Translations under genes and position numbers: made by a program
Notes under the pieces: model-generated
The model's input: the letters and a program-made list of their open reading frames with translations, nothing else
Told to the model about the DNA's origin: nothing
Database searches by the model: none
In this document: piece after piece, positions 1-9,087 of the stretch
Position numbering within the stretch: position 1 is the stretch's first letter
Layout of the letters: every line of letters begins with the position of its first letter
DNA from: an uncultured Candidatus Actinomarina sp.
Lineage (GTDB): Bacteria; Actinomycetota; Acidimicrobiia; Actinomarinales; Actinomarinaceae
Reading direction: 5' to 3'
Assembly (NCBI GenBank): GCA_902613615.1
Contig: CACMHQ010000001.1
Span: forward strand, 76,567 to 140,566
Length of the DNA: 64,000 nt

Positions 1-170
1 TTTGGAGTATATTCGTAAATTACAATATCTCCACGATTTAATGGTTCTGATACTTTTACTGCTAATACGTAATCGCCTTCGTGCAATGATGGCTCCATAC
101 TTTCTTCTTTGATTTCATACGCTCTGTATGTTCCATCTTTGTTATTTTTAAAAAATAAATAGACAGCCAT
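1..170 (-). CDS. sodX: Ni-SOD maturation endopeptidase SodX (S26 signal-peptidase-like). Only the N-terminal part is present; the gene runs off the window start.
   Basis: Reverse translation from ATG (168-170) gives MAVYLFFKNNKDGTYRAYEIKEESMEPSLHEGDYVLAVKVSEPLNRGDIVIYEYTP. SMEPSL is the S24/S26 catalytic-Ser motif and GDIV the conserved box. It is divergent from and adjacent to sodN, the usual sodX position. Too short for the ORF track. Confidence 0.7.
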   Translation of the reverse strand, partial: MAVYLFFKNNKDGTYRAYEIKEESMEPSLHEGDYVLAVKVSEPLNRGDIVIYEYTP

Positions 171-266
171 GATTAGAAGGTTTCTAATATTTAATATCCG
201 TGTAATGCTTTTAATCATATAGTTTTTTTGTTATTAAAATTAATAGTAGATTACTAAAGGAGATTT

Positions 267-653
267 ATGAAGTTATTTAAACCAACAAGAGTAGCTCATG
301 CTCATTGTGATTTGCCATGCGGTGTTTATGATCCCGCACAAGCAAGAATCAATGCAGAGTCAGTTGTAAATGCCTCCAAAAAATATCAAGAATCTGATGA
401 TCCTGCATTCAAGCAACGTTGCATCACCATCAAAGAAGATATGGCTGAAGAGGTTAAAAAAGATCTGTGGGTATTGTGGACAGATTATTTCAAGCCAGAA
501 CACCTTGAAAAATTCCCAAATGTTCATGATCTTTTCTGGAATGCAACAAAAAAAGCTGGAGAAGCAAAGAAAACAGAAGATCCTGCAGTAGGTGAGGAGC
601 TTCTAGGTTTGATTAATGAAATAGATGAGGTATTTCAAGCTACAAAAAGCTAA
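267..653 (+). CDS. sodN: Nickel superoxide dismutase precursor
   Basis: Ni-hook HCDLPCGVYDP follows a 12-aa leader (MKLFKPTRVAHA). AAGGAG Shine-Dalgarno lies about 7 nt upstream. The 128-aa size is typical. Confidence 0.95.
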   Translation: MKLFKPTRVAHAHCDLPCGVYDPAQARINAESVVNASKKYQESDDPAFKQRCITIKEDMAEEVKKDLWVLWTDYFKPEHLEKFPNVHDLFWNATKKAGEAKKTEDPAVGEELLGLINEIDEVFQATKS

Positions 654-2266
654 TCAAATTTTTTAAAAAGGTGTCCTATGTCTTGTAATTGGGCACCTTT
701 TTTTATGTCGTTTACGGACCAATTATTATTTGTATTCTTTTCAATTGCACCCTTTACAATCTCAGATGTTGTTGGCATAAAAGGTGTAAATAATGATGCA
801 CATGCTTCTATTGCTGTAAGCGATGTATGAAGTATTGCTGTTGCTCTAGAGCTGTCTTCTTTTATAACTTTCCATGGTTCTGTTTCATTCAGATAAGCAT
901 TAATTTTATTTACATAGCCCATAACTGACTGAAGTGATGATTTGAGTTCGACCTTTTCGATTAATTCACCAGTCTTTTCAAAACAATCATTGCCTTCATT
1001 GATTATTTTTTTATCAACATCATTTAATTCAAAATCGAATTCTAAATTTTCAAAATTGTTTATATATTGGGAAAATACTCTTTGAACTAAATTTCCCCAT
1101 GCTGCTACAAGTTCTTCGTTATTGCGTCTTATCATTTCATCTTCTGAGATTTCAGAATCATTTTGCTCGGGCAGGATACTTGCTAGAGCGTATCTCAATG
1201 AGTCCGGATTCCATTCATCGAGATAATCGTTTAAATTTTTTCCAACACCTCTACTTGCAGATGCCTTTTCACCTTTTATTAAGATGTACTGGTTTGCTGG
1301 AACGTTCGTTGGTAGGTTTAAATCACCATATGCAAGTAACATCGCAGGCCATATTATTGCATGAAAAGGAACGTTGTCTTTTCCAACAAAATAATAAGAC
1401 TCTGCATCCTCATTTAACCAAAAATCTTTCCATGCATCTGGCGTGCCATTATTTACTGCCCACTCTTTAGCAGCTGATAAATAACCAATTACTGCCTCAA
1501 ACCATACATATATTTTTTTTCCATCACCTAATTCATTTTCTGGTATATCTATTCCCCAGTCAAGATCTCTTGTTATTGCTCTATCTTGTAAACCTTCTTC
1601 TACAAATGATTTGGAGAAATTTATAACGTGAGGTCTCCAACCTTCTTTACTATTTAGCCATTCGGAAAGCTTGTCATTAAGAGCACTTAACTTTAAAAAA
1701 TAATGTTCGGTCTCTTTGAACTCGGCATTATTTCCGTTAATTTTACTTTTAGGATTTATAAGCTCTTCAGGATCAAGAGTTGTACCGCAAGAGTCACATT
1801 GGTCACCTCTTGCCTCTAAAAAATTACATTTTGGACATTCACCCTCAACATATCTATCAGGTAAAAACTTTTTTTCTTGTGGATCAAAAGCTTGAATGCT
1901 TTTGTTTTTCTCAATGAAGCCATTTTCTTTTATTTTTAAAAACATTTCCTGAGTAACTTCTTTATGATTATCGGTCATTGTTGTTGTGTAGTTATCCCAT
2001 TGAATGTTCAATTTATCCCAATAGCCGAGAAATTCATTATGATATCGATTTACTATCTCGATTGGCTCAACACCTTCATCATCTGCTCTTACAGTTATTG
2101 GCGTTCCGTGAACATCACTTCCAGATACCATAATTACGTTATTGCCTATCAGTCTGTTATATCTTGCAAATATATCTGCCGGCAAATAAGCTCCACCTAT
2201 ATGACCTAAATGTCTAGATCCGCTTGCATATGGCCAAGCTACACAAACTAATACGTTTTTTGACAT
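650..2266 (-). CDS. metG: Methionyl-tRNA synthetase (short form, no C-terminal tRNA-binding domain)
   Basis: HIGH motif HLGHIGG, KMSKS-type KASASRG, zinc knuckles CPKC...CDSC. Confidence 0.95.
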   Translation of the reverse strand: MSKNVLVCVAWPYASGSRHLGHIGGAYLPADIFARYNRLIGNNVIMVSGSDVHGTPITVRADDEGVEPIEIVNRYHNEFLGYWDKLNIQWDNYTTTMTDNHKEVTQEMFLKIKENGFIEKNKSIQAFDPQEKKFLPDRYVEGECPKCNFLEARGDQCDSCGTTLDPEELINPKSKINGNNAEFKETEHYFLKLSALNDKLSEWLNSKEGWRPHVINFSKSFVEEGLQDRAITRDLDWGIDIPENELGDGKKIYVWFEAVIGYLSAAKEWAVNNGTPDAWKDFWLNEDAESYYFVGKDNVPFHAIIWPAMLLAYGDLNLPTNVPANQYILIKGEKASASRGVGKNLNDYLDEWNPDSLRYALASILPEQNDSEISEDEMIRRNNEELVAAWGNLVQRVFSQYINNFENLEFDFELNDVDKKIINEGNDCFEKTGELIEKVELKSSLQSVMGYVNKINAYLNETEPWKVIKEDSSRATAILHTSLTAIEACASLFTPFMPTTSEIVKGAIEKNTNNNWSVNDIKKGAQLQDIGHLFKKFD

Positions 2267-2311
2267 AACACTTTAAGAATAGACTTTTAAATCACAAAGA
2301 CTACATTTTTG

Positions 2312-2350
2312 TGAAACATTTATGAAACATTCCGGTAATAATCATTTAAC
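2312..2350 (+). promoter_or_regulatory. Candidate nitrogen-regulator (GlnR-type) binding array upstream of amt
   Basis: GAAAC-n6-GAAAC-n6-GTAAT-n6-TTAAC in strict 11-nt phase. TGAAACAT is directly repeated at 2312-2319 and 2323-2330. The array lies 60-100 nt upstream of the amt ATG. Confidence 0.3.
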
Positions 2351-2410
2351 TTTTAAGAGGTCTCTTAACATCTATATTTAATTAGGTTGTTACAAAAGGA
2401 GATTTAAAAA

Positions 2411-3610
2411 ATGGAACTAGCAACTTATGTAGATAGCTTGTGGATCGTTGTTGCAGGTATATTAGTCATGTTTATGCAACCTGGCTTTATGCTTGTGGAG
2501 ACCGGATTTACAAGATCTAAAAACTCAGTCAATATAGTTATGAAAAACTTTATGGACTTTTCAGTCGGTGCAATTACCTATTGGGCATTTGGATTTGCAT
2601 TGGCATACGGTGGAACTACTCTTGGTGGATTTTTAGCCTATGGTAGTTTCTTTTTGGAAGGTGACTCAATTACCTACTTCTTCCAAGTAGTCTTTGCGGC
2701 AACCGCAGCAACAATTGTTTCTGGTGCAGTCGCAGAAAGAACAAAATTTAGCGCATACTTATTATTTCAACCATTTATATGTGGTGTAATTTATCCAATA
2801 GTTACCCACTGGGTTTGGAGTGGTCAAGGTTGGCTCGGTGACTTAGGTTTCATTGACTTTGCAGGTTCTGGTGTTGTACACATGGTTGGTGGCTTTGCAG
2901 CCCTAGCTGGTGTTCAAATTGTGGGTCCAAGAATCGGAAAATACGACGATAATGGAAACCCTCAAGTAATACCTGGAAGCTCAATGGTAGCTGGAGCACT
3001 TGGTGTATTTATCCTCTGGTTTGGATGGTATGGATTTAACGTTGGATCTGCTTTAGCAGCAGTAGATGTTGATCTTGCTGCAATTGCAGTAACAACTACT
3101 TTATCAGCTGCTGCAGGTTCTATAACTGCGATGTATACATCAATGATTTCAGGTAAACCAAATGTTGGTATGACCTTAAATGGTGCTCTAGCTGGTTTAG
3201 TTGGAATTACTGCTGGTTGTGCAAATGTAAATAACTTAGGTGCAGTTTTAATCGGTTTGGTATCTGGTGTGTTAGTTGTGTACTCCATCAACTTCTTAGA
3301 AAAAAAAGGATTTGATGATGCTGTAGGTGCTGTCTCAGTTCATGGAATATGTGGTATCTGGGGCGTCCTAGCTGTGGCAATTTTTGACACTACAGATGGT
3401 TTAGTCTACGGTGGAGGCGCCACATTGTTTCTACCTCAATTAATTGGTATTCTAGCAATTGGTGCCTGGGCATATGGAACATCTTTCCTTGTGTTTAAAG
3501 TCATTGATTCAACAGTTGGACTAAGAGTTACAGCTGAAGAAGAAATTGCTGGGTTGGATGCTACAGAACATGGAACATCAGCATATGGAGATTTCATCAC
3601 TAAAAAGTAA
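2411..3610 (+). CDS. amtB: Ammonium transporter (Amt family)
   Basis: Multi-TM protein with Amt signatures AGILVMFMQPGFMLVETG and DFAGSGVVHMVGG. GGAG Shine-Dalgarno upstream. Confidence 0.9.
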   Translation: MELATYVDSLWIVVAGILVMFMQPGFMLVETGFTRSKNSVNIVMKNFMDFSVGAITYWAFGFALAYGGTTLGGFLAYGSFFLEGDSITYFFQVVFAATAATIVSGAVAERTKFSAYLLFQPFICGVIYPIVTHWVWSGQGWLGDLGFIDFAGSGVVHMVGGFAALAGVQIVGPRIGKYDDNGNPQVIPGSSMVAGALGVFILWFGWYGFNVGSALAAVDVDLAAIAVTTTLSAAAGSITAMYTSMISGKPNVGMTLNGALAGLVGITAGCANVNNLGAVLIGLVSGVLVVYSINFLEKKGFDDAVGAVSVHGICGIWGVLAVAIFDTTDGLVYGGGATLFLPQLIGILAIGAWAYGTSFLVFKVIDSTVGLRVTAEEEIAGLDATEHGTSAYGDFITKK

Positions 3611-3627
3611 CGACTAATTAAATAATT

Positions 3628-3683
3628 AAGAAAACCAGCTATATTTAGGTCCCCCCCTAAAGATTTTTAAGGCTGGTTTTCTT
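3628..3683 (+). terminator. Rho-independent terminator-like compound hairpin after amt
   Basis: Perfect 12-bp stem AAGAAAACCAGC (3628-3639) / GCTGGTTTTCTT (3672-3683). It encloses an inner 6-bp stem TTTAGG/CCTAAA with a C-rich loop. T-rich 3-prime side. Confidence 0.55.
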
Positions 3684-3723
3684 ATTTAAATAACCCTTTA
3701 TTCATAGTAAAATTGTTGTACTT

Positions 3724-6700
3724 ATGACATTTCATTTCGAAGAAAAAGATTCTTGTGGTGTAGGTTTTATTGCATCAAGAGGTATCCCTAGGACACATGG
3801 GATGACTTTAAAAATTCTAGAATGTCTATCTAACCTCGACCATAGAGGTGCCAAGTTTGCGGATGGAACCGGAGACGGAGCTGGAGTACTTACAGAGATT
3901 CCTTTCGAGTTAATTGAAGCTGAATTAGTTGAAAGAGGAATCACACTTGGAGAAAAAGAAAAATTAGGATTGATCTCTTGCTTTTTTGATCCAAAAAATA
4001 TTACCGAGTCAATTGAGCTAATTGATAACAAGCTTGAAGAGTTTGACATTAAGCTACTCTATTGGAGAAAAGTTCCTACAGACAAAGAAATCCTAGGAAC
4101 AATGGCAAAAAATTCAAAACCTGGAATTTATCAAGCTGTCATCTGTTCCACAAAAGAATATGAATACAGTTTTGAAAAATATCTTTATCTTTTCAGAAAA
4201 TCACTAGAAACAGATCTTGAAAAAAATGAATTTCTTAACATTCATATCAATTCGTGTTCGAGTAAAACAGTTGTATATAAAGGTCTCTTTACAGCCACTC
4301 AGACAGCAGATTTTTATTGGGATTTAAGAAATCCTTTGTACAAAACAAGGTATGGAGTATTTCATCAAAGATTTTCTACCAATACAAGTTCAACATGGGA
4401 TAAAGCACAACCTTTTAGAATGCTCGCACACAATGGTGAAATAAACACAATTAGAGCTAATTATTCCTGGATGAAAGCTAGAGAGGTGGATGCCTCTTCA
4501 AACATTTGGAAAGATGACATTGAGAGGTTAAAACCATTTATTAATGAAAGCCTTTCAGATTCTGGACAACTTGATAATGCAATAGAGTTACTTGTTCAAT
4601 CTGGAAGAAAACTCGCTCATGCTCAAGAGATGCTTATTCCTTCAGCATGGGAAAACAATCCGAGATTTTCGAAAGACCAGCAATCATATTATCAATACCA
4701 TGCATTCTTATCAGAACCATGGGACGGTCCTGCAGCTATTGTTGCTACTGATGGAGACGATATTATTGCAGGGTTGGATAGAAGCGGATTGAGACCACTC
4801 AGATGGATGGTTTCAGATAGATATATTTTAGCTGCCTCAGAAGTAGGTATTTGTCCCTCAGTTGAAGCCGGTGCATATAAAACTGCTCAACTTGAGCCAG
4901 GACAAACAATTAGATATCGTATCAAAAATGATGAGTTATTAGACGAACAAGAAGTAATAAAAAAACTTGCTGAGAAAAACCCATATAAAGAATGGGTAAA
5001 TACAAAACCTTTAGTTGCTGATACCGAATTTAGTGATAAACCAGACGAGATTGAGCTAGATCTGCTCTCAGAATATTTCCAATATACACCAGAAGAGGAA
5101 AGATTAATTTTATTACCGATGATCCAAGGTGATATTCCAACAGGTTCAATGGGTAATGATTCTCCACTTGCAGTATTGAGTAAAAATAAACCAAGAATGA
5201 GTCGATATTTTCATCAAATGTTTGCTCAGGTAACGAATCCTCCAATTGATCCGATAAGAGAAAGATTTGTAATGTCAACTAAAACTTATCTTGGAAAGAG
5301 AGGATCAATATTAAAAGAGACATCTCAACAAGCAAATCTCATAACACTTGAATCACCAATTCTCAGTAAAGGAAGTTATGATCTTTTGGTTTCAAAAGAA
5401 TTTTCAAAAGACAAATCAAAAGTTTTTGATATTAGCTTTGATAAAACAAAATCTAATCTTGAAGGATTTCTTGATAAATTATGTGAGGACGTTTATGAGG
5501 CTGTAATAAACAAAAAGTCTTTAATTATATTAAGTGATAGAGATGTAGTAAAAGGCAACAGTGTCGCCCCATCACTATTAGTGATTGGAAGAGTTCATCA
5601 ACACTTGATTAACAAGGGTGTAAGACTAAAAGCATCACTGATAGTTGTATCTGGAGAGATAAGAGATGCACATGACTTATCGTGTCACATCGCATATGGA
5701 GCATCAGCTGTTTGGCCATATTTAGCCCTTGAAAAAGCAAGACTACTTTCAATTGACAATCCAGATTTAAATTTATCACCTGCACAGGCACAAGAAAATT
5801 ATAGAGATGCACTTAATAAAGGCCTGTTAAAGATAATGTCAAAAATGGGTATTTGTACAGTTTCTTCTTATCGAGGGTCTGAAATTTATGAAATTATAGG
5901 TCTCGATAAAGAAATGACAAATGATGCTTTCTCAAATTCTTACACTAGAACTGAAGGTTTGGGATATGACAAGATAAATGAAAACTTACTCATTTTTGGG
6001 AATGAAGAACCTTTTGATCTTGAGATTGGTGGTTTCTATAAACATAAAAAGGGAAGTGAGCCACATGTAACATCTCCAGTGACAGTCCTGAAATTACAAA
6101 AGGCAGTTAGATCTGGTGATAGAGAGGAATGGAACAAATATCTAGATTCGTTAGAAGACAGAGATAATGTTCAAATTCGTGATTTATTTACCCTTCCAGA
6201 AAATAATAAAATATTTAGCAATGAAAATGAAGACTCTTCACTAGAAGAAATATATCAAAAATTTACTGTTAGCTCAATGTCTTTAGGAGCACTGTCCGAA
6301 GAGGCACATCAAGCACTAGCAATTGCAATGAATCGCATAGGAGCTAAATCTGGATCTGGTGAAGGTGGAGAAGACCCTGATAGATATGGAACAGAAAAAA
6401 ATTCAAAGATCAAACAAATTGCGTCAGGAAGATTTGGTGTTACTCCTGATTATTTAGCATCTGCTGAAGAATTTCAAATTAAAATGGCTCAAGGTTCAAA
6501 ACCAGGAGAGGGAGGACAGTTACCTGGATTTAAAGTAGATTCTCATATTGCAAAATTAAGGCATACTGTTGAGGGCGTGACATTAATTTCACCACCACCT
6601 CATCACGATATCTACTCTATTGAGGATTTAGCACAGTTAATCTATGATTTAAAAACATTTAATCCAAACAATCCTGTAAATGTAAAACTCGTGTCTGAGC

Positions 6701-8103
6701 CAGGTGTAGGTGTTATTGCGGTTGGTGTAGCAAAAGCCGGTGCAGATATTATTACAATTGCTGGTAGCGATGGTGGCACGGGAGCAAGTCCATGGACAAG
6801 TATTAAACATGCTGGTTCACCATGGGAACTTGGTTTAAGTGAAACTCATCAAGCTCTTGTAGAAAATAATATGAGAGATAAAGTCCTACTTGAAGTTGAT
6901 GGTGGTCTTAGATCTCCTAAGGACATTATCATTGCCACATTACTTGGTGCTGATAGATATGGATTTGGAACATTACCCCTATTAGCTTTAGGTTGTAAGA
7001 TGGTCCGTCAATGTCATGAAAATACTTGTCCTGTTGGTATTGCAACACAGGATGAGAACCTAAGGGCTAAATTTACCGGTGCTCCAGAACAAGTAATGCA
7101 ACTATTTAAATTTATTGCAGAGGATGTTAGGTCTTATCTTCAAATTTTTAATGTAGATTCACTTGATGCTTTAATCGGCCATGCAGACTTACTTGGTCTT
7201 AAAGTAATGGATAATAACCTTCCAAAAAGCTTGCACAAGTTACTAAGAAATGCTGTGTCAGATAAAAAACATCCTGGCTTTATACGACACGATGAAGGCC
7301 GTCTATCTAGAAGACTCACTTCAGAAATAATGAAAGGCTTGAGAAGTAAACAATCTACAATTATTCAGTATCCAGTATCAAATGAAGATAGAAGTATTGG
7401 TGCAAGAGTTTCAGGCGAAGTATCAATCAACAAATTAGGAGAAGTTCTAAAAGACAATCCAACACATATTAGTTTGTCTGGTGCAGCTGGCCAAAGCTTT
7501 GGAGCTTTTATAAGGGATGGAATCAATCTTAAGCTTATTGGTAGTGCCAATGATTATGTAGGAAAAGGAATGGGTGGCGGAAGCATAACTATTATTCCAC
7601 AGGGTACTAAAAACAAGGGTGCTTACCATGCTGCGGGTAATGCAATCCTATATGGAGCTACAGGTGGGCAACTTTATATTTCAGGAAGAGTTGGTCAAAG
7701 ATTTGGTGTTCGAAACAGTGGAGGAATAGCAGTAGTTGAGGGATGTAGCGCACATGCCGCAGAGTATATGACAGGTGGAACATTAATCATTTTGGGTAGT
7801 GTAGGGTTTAATTTTGGTGCAGGAATGACTGGAGGAAAAGTAATAGTATTAAAAACACAAAAGAACTTTTCACAATACATATCAAAATCTGCACCCGAAT
7901 CTCGAGAGATGAATGATATTGATCTACTAGAGTTGAGAGCTTTCTTAAATAAACACATTGAACAAACTGGATCTGAATTAGCTAAAGATATTCTTAAGAA
8001 AGAAAAAGATTGGTCAAAAATGTTTACTGTTTTTGGAGGGATAGCCAATGTTACTGAAAGCGACATAGACACTGCTAAAGCAAAAATTGAGGCTCTTGAT
8101 TAA
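3724..8103 (+). CDS. gltB: Glutamate synthase large (alpha) subunit
   Basis: Ntn amidotransferase Cys in CGVGFIA near the N-terminus. FMN/synthase region KMAQGSKPGEGGQLPG. 3Fe-4S region CHENTCPVGIATQD. C-terminal Gly-rich beta-helix. 1459 aa. Confidence 0.95.
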   Translation: MTFHFEEKDSCGVGFIASRGIPRTHGMTLKILECLSNLDHRGAKFADGTGDGAGVLTEIPFELIEAELVERGITLGEKEKLGLISCFFDPKNITESIELIDNKLEEFDIKLLYWRKVPTDKEILGTMAKNSKPGIYQAVICSTKEYEYSFEKYLYLFRKSLETDLEKNEFLNIHINSCSSKTVVYKGLFTATQTADFYWDLRNPLYKTRYGVFHQRFSTNTSSTWDKAQPFRMLAHNGEINTIRANYSWMKAREVDASSNIWKDDIERLKPFINESLSDSGQLDNAIELLVQSGRKLAHAQEMLIPSAWENNPRFSKDQQSYYQYHAFLSEPWDGPAAIVATDGDDIIAGLDRSGLRPLRWMVSDRYILAASEVGICPSVEAGAYKTAQLEPGQTIRYRIKNDELLDEQEVIKKLAEKNPYKEWVNTKPLVADTEFSDKPDEIELDLLSEYFQYTPEEERLILLPMIQGDIPTGSMGNDSPLAVLSKNKPRMSRYFHQMFAQVTNPPIDPIRERFVMSTKTYLGKRGSILKETSQQANLITLESPILSKGSYDLLVSKEFSKDKSKVFDISFDKTKSNLEGFLDKLCEDVYEAVINKKSLIILSDRDVVKGNSVAPSLLVIGRVHQHLINKGVRLKASLIVVSGEIRDAHDLSCHIAYGASAVWPYLALEKARLLSIDNPDLNLSPAQAQENYRDALNKGLLKIMSKMGICTVSSYRGSEIYEIIGLDKEMTNDAFSNSYTRTEGLGYDKINENLLIFGNEEPFDLEIGGFYKHKKGSEPHVTSPVTVLKLQKAVRSGDREEWNKYLDSLEDRDNVQIRDLFTLPENNKIFSNENEDSSLEEIYQKFTVSSMSLGALSEEAHQALAIAMNRIGAKSGSGEGGEDPDRYGTEKNSKIKQIASGRFGVTPDYLASAEEFQIKMAQGSKPGEGGQLPGFKVDSHIAKLRHTVEGVTLISPPPHHDIYSIEDLAQLIYDLKTFNPNNPVNVKLVSEPGVGVIAVGVAKAGADIITIAGSDGGTGASPWTSIKHAGSPWELGLSETHQALVENNMRDKVLLEVDGGLRSPKDIIIATLLGADRYGFGTLPLLALGCKMVRQCHENTCPVGIATQDENLRAKFTGAPEQVMQLFKFIAEDVRSYLQIFNVDSLDALIGHADLLGLKVMDNNLPKSLHKLLRNAVSDKKHPGFIRHDEGRLSRRLTSEIMKGLRSKQSTIIQYPVSNEDRSIGARVSGEVSINKLGEVLKDNPTHISLSGAAGQSFGAFIRDGINLKLIGSANDYVGKGMGGGSITIIPQGTKNKGAYHAAGNAILYGATGGQLYISGRVGQRFGVRNSGGIAVVEGCSAHAAEYMTGGTLIILGSVGFNFGAGMTGGKVIVLKTQKNFSQYISKSAPESREMNDIDLLELRAFLNKHIEQTGSELAKDILKKEKDWSKMFTVFGGIANVTESDIDTAKAKIEALD

Positions 8104-8145
8104 TTAACTATTTCTTTATAGCAAATTAAGTTATACCATAAGAAT

Positions 8146-9084
8146 ATGAATACAAATTTATCAATGAATAACATTGTCGATTGGACAACAACATCAGATC
8201 TAGTTGGAAATGTGAAAGTTGACCAGGTTGGGGTGCTTGATAGAGTATCTTCTCTTGCTACACGTAGTATAAAAAGGGAATCTAAATTAGATGCTTTAGA
8301 AAAAATAGTAAGCATGTGTGACCTGACAACATTAGAGGGTGAAGATACAGAAGGTAAAATTATCCAAATGTCATCAAAAGCTATATCACCAGATCCAAGC
8401 GATGACAATGTACCTAGTGCTGCTGCTGTATGTGTATACCCAGCGCTTGTATCGACGGCCAAAAAAATTGTAAAAGATTCAAATGTTAAAGTAGCATCTG
8501 TATCTTCTTATTTCCCCAGTGGCCAAGCTCCTATAGAATCAAAAATTTCAGATACTCAATTCGCAATTGATGAAGGTGCTGATGAAATTGATATTGTAAT
8601 CAATAGAAAAGCTTTTTTTGAAGGAGATTACAAAAAAGTCTATGAAGAGATAAAGGCTCTAAAAGATGTTTGTGGAGAAATTCATCTAAAAACAATACTA
8701 GAAATTGGTGAACTGAAAACATATGAAAATATTAAGAAAGCAAGTGTAATTGCTTTATGTGCAGGATCTGATTTTATAAAAACTTCAACCGGCAAGATAT
8801 CTAATGGTTCATCAAGGGAAGCGTGCCTAATAATGGCAAGAGCTGTTCGTGAGTTTGAATCCTACGGGTATGGCATGAGAGGGATAAAAGTTGCTGGTGG
8901 TATTAGAGACGCTAAAGATGCAATACGATATTTAGTAATTATTAATGAAGAGCTAGGCGGTTCTTGGCTTTCCGCAGATTATTTTAGGTTTGGTGCATCA
9001 AGCTTGTTAGATGATGTACTTAAACAAATCAAAAAACTAAAAACCAATGCTTATCAATCAAGTTATTATTTTCCAAGAGGGTAA
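8146..9084 (+). CDS. deoC: Deoxyribose-phosphate aldolase (long N-terminal form)
   Basis: DERA pattern MCDLTTLEG, VCVYPALV, EIDIVIN, and the Schiff-base Lys in FIKTSTGK. Confidence 0.85.
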   Translation: MNTNLSMNNIVDWTTTSDLVGNVKVDQVGVLDRVSSLATRSIKRESKLDALEKIVSMCDLTTLEGEDTEGKIIQMSSKAISPDPSDDNVPSAAAVCVYPALVSTAKKIVKDSNVKVASVSSYFPSGQAPIESKISDTQFAIDEGADEIDIVINRKAFFEGDYKKVYEEIKALKDVCGEIHLKTILEIGELKTYENIKKASVIALCAGSDFIKTSTGKISNGSSREACLIMARAVREFESYGYGMRGIKVAGGIRDAKDAIRYLVIINEELGGSWLSADYFRFGASSLLDDVLKQIKKLKTNAYQSSYYFPRG

Positions 9085-9087
9085 TTT

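Noticed and set aside
370-591. 73-aa alternative-frame ORF inside sodN
   Set aside because: It is embedded in the strongly supported sodN frame, and its Lys/Ile-rich translation is typical of off-frame AT-rich sequence.
1099-1470. 123-aa plus-strand ORF inside metG
   Set aside because: It is antisense to metG, with a Leu/His/Arg-rich nonsense composition.
3644-3661. Independent 6C-like sRNA gene at the C-rich hairpin
   Set aside because: There is only one C-rich loop, nested inside the amt terminator stem, and no separate promoter is apparent. I treat it as part of the terminator.
7695-8462. Two ~120-aa minus-strand ORFs (7695-8072, 8100-8462)
   Set aside because: They are antisense to the well-supported gltB and deoC genes, with no motifs. 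They are frame shadows of strongly coding regions.
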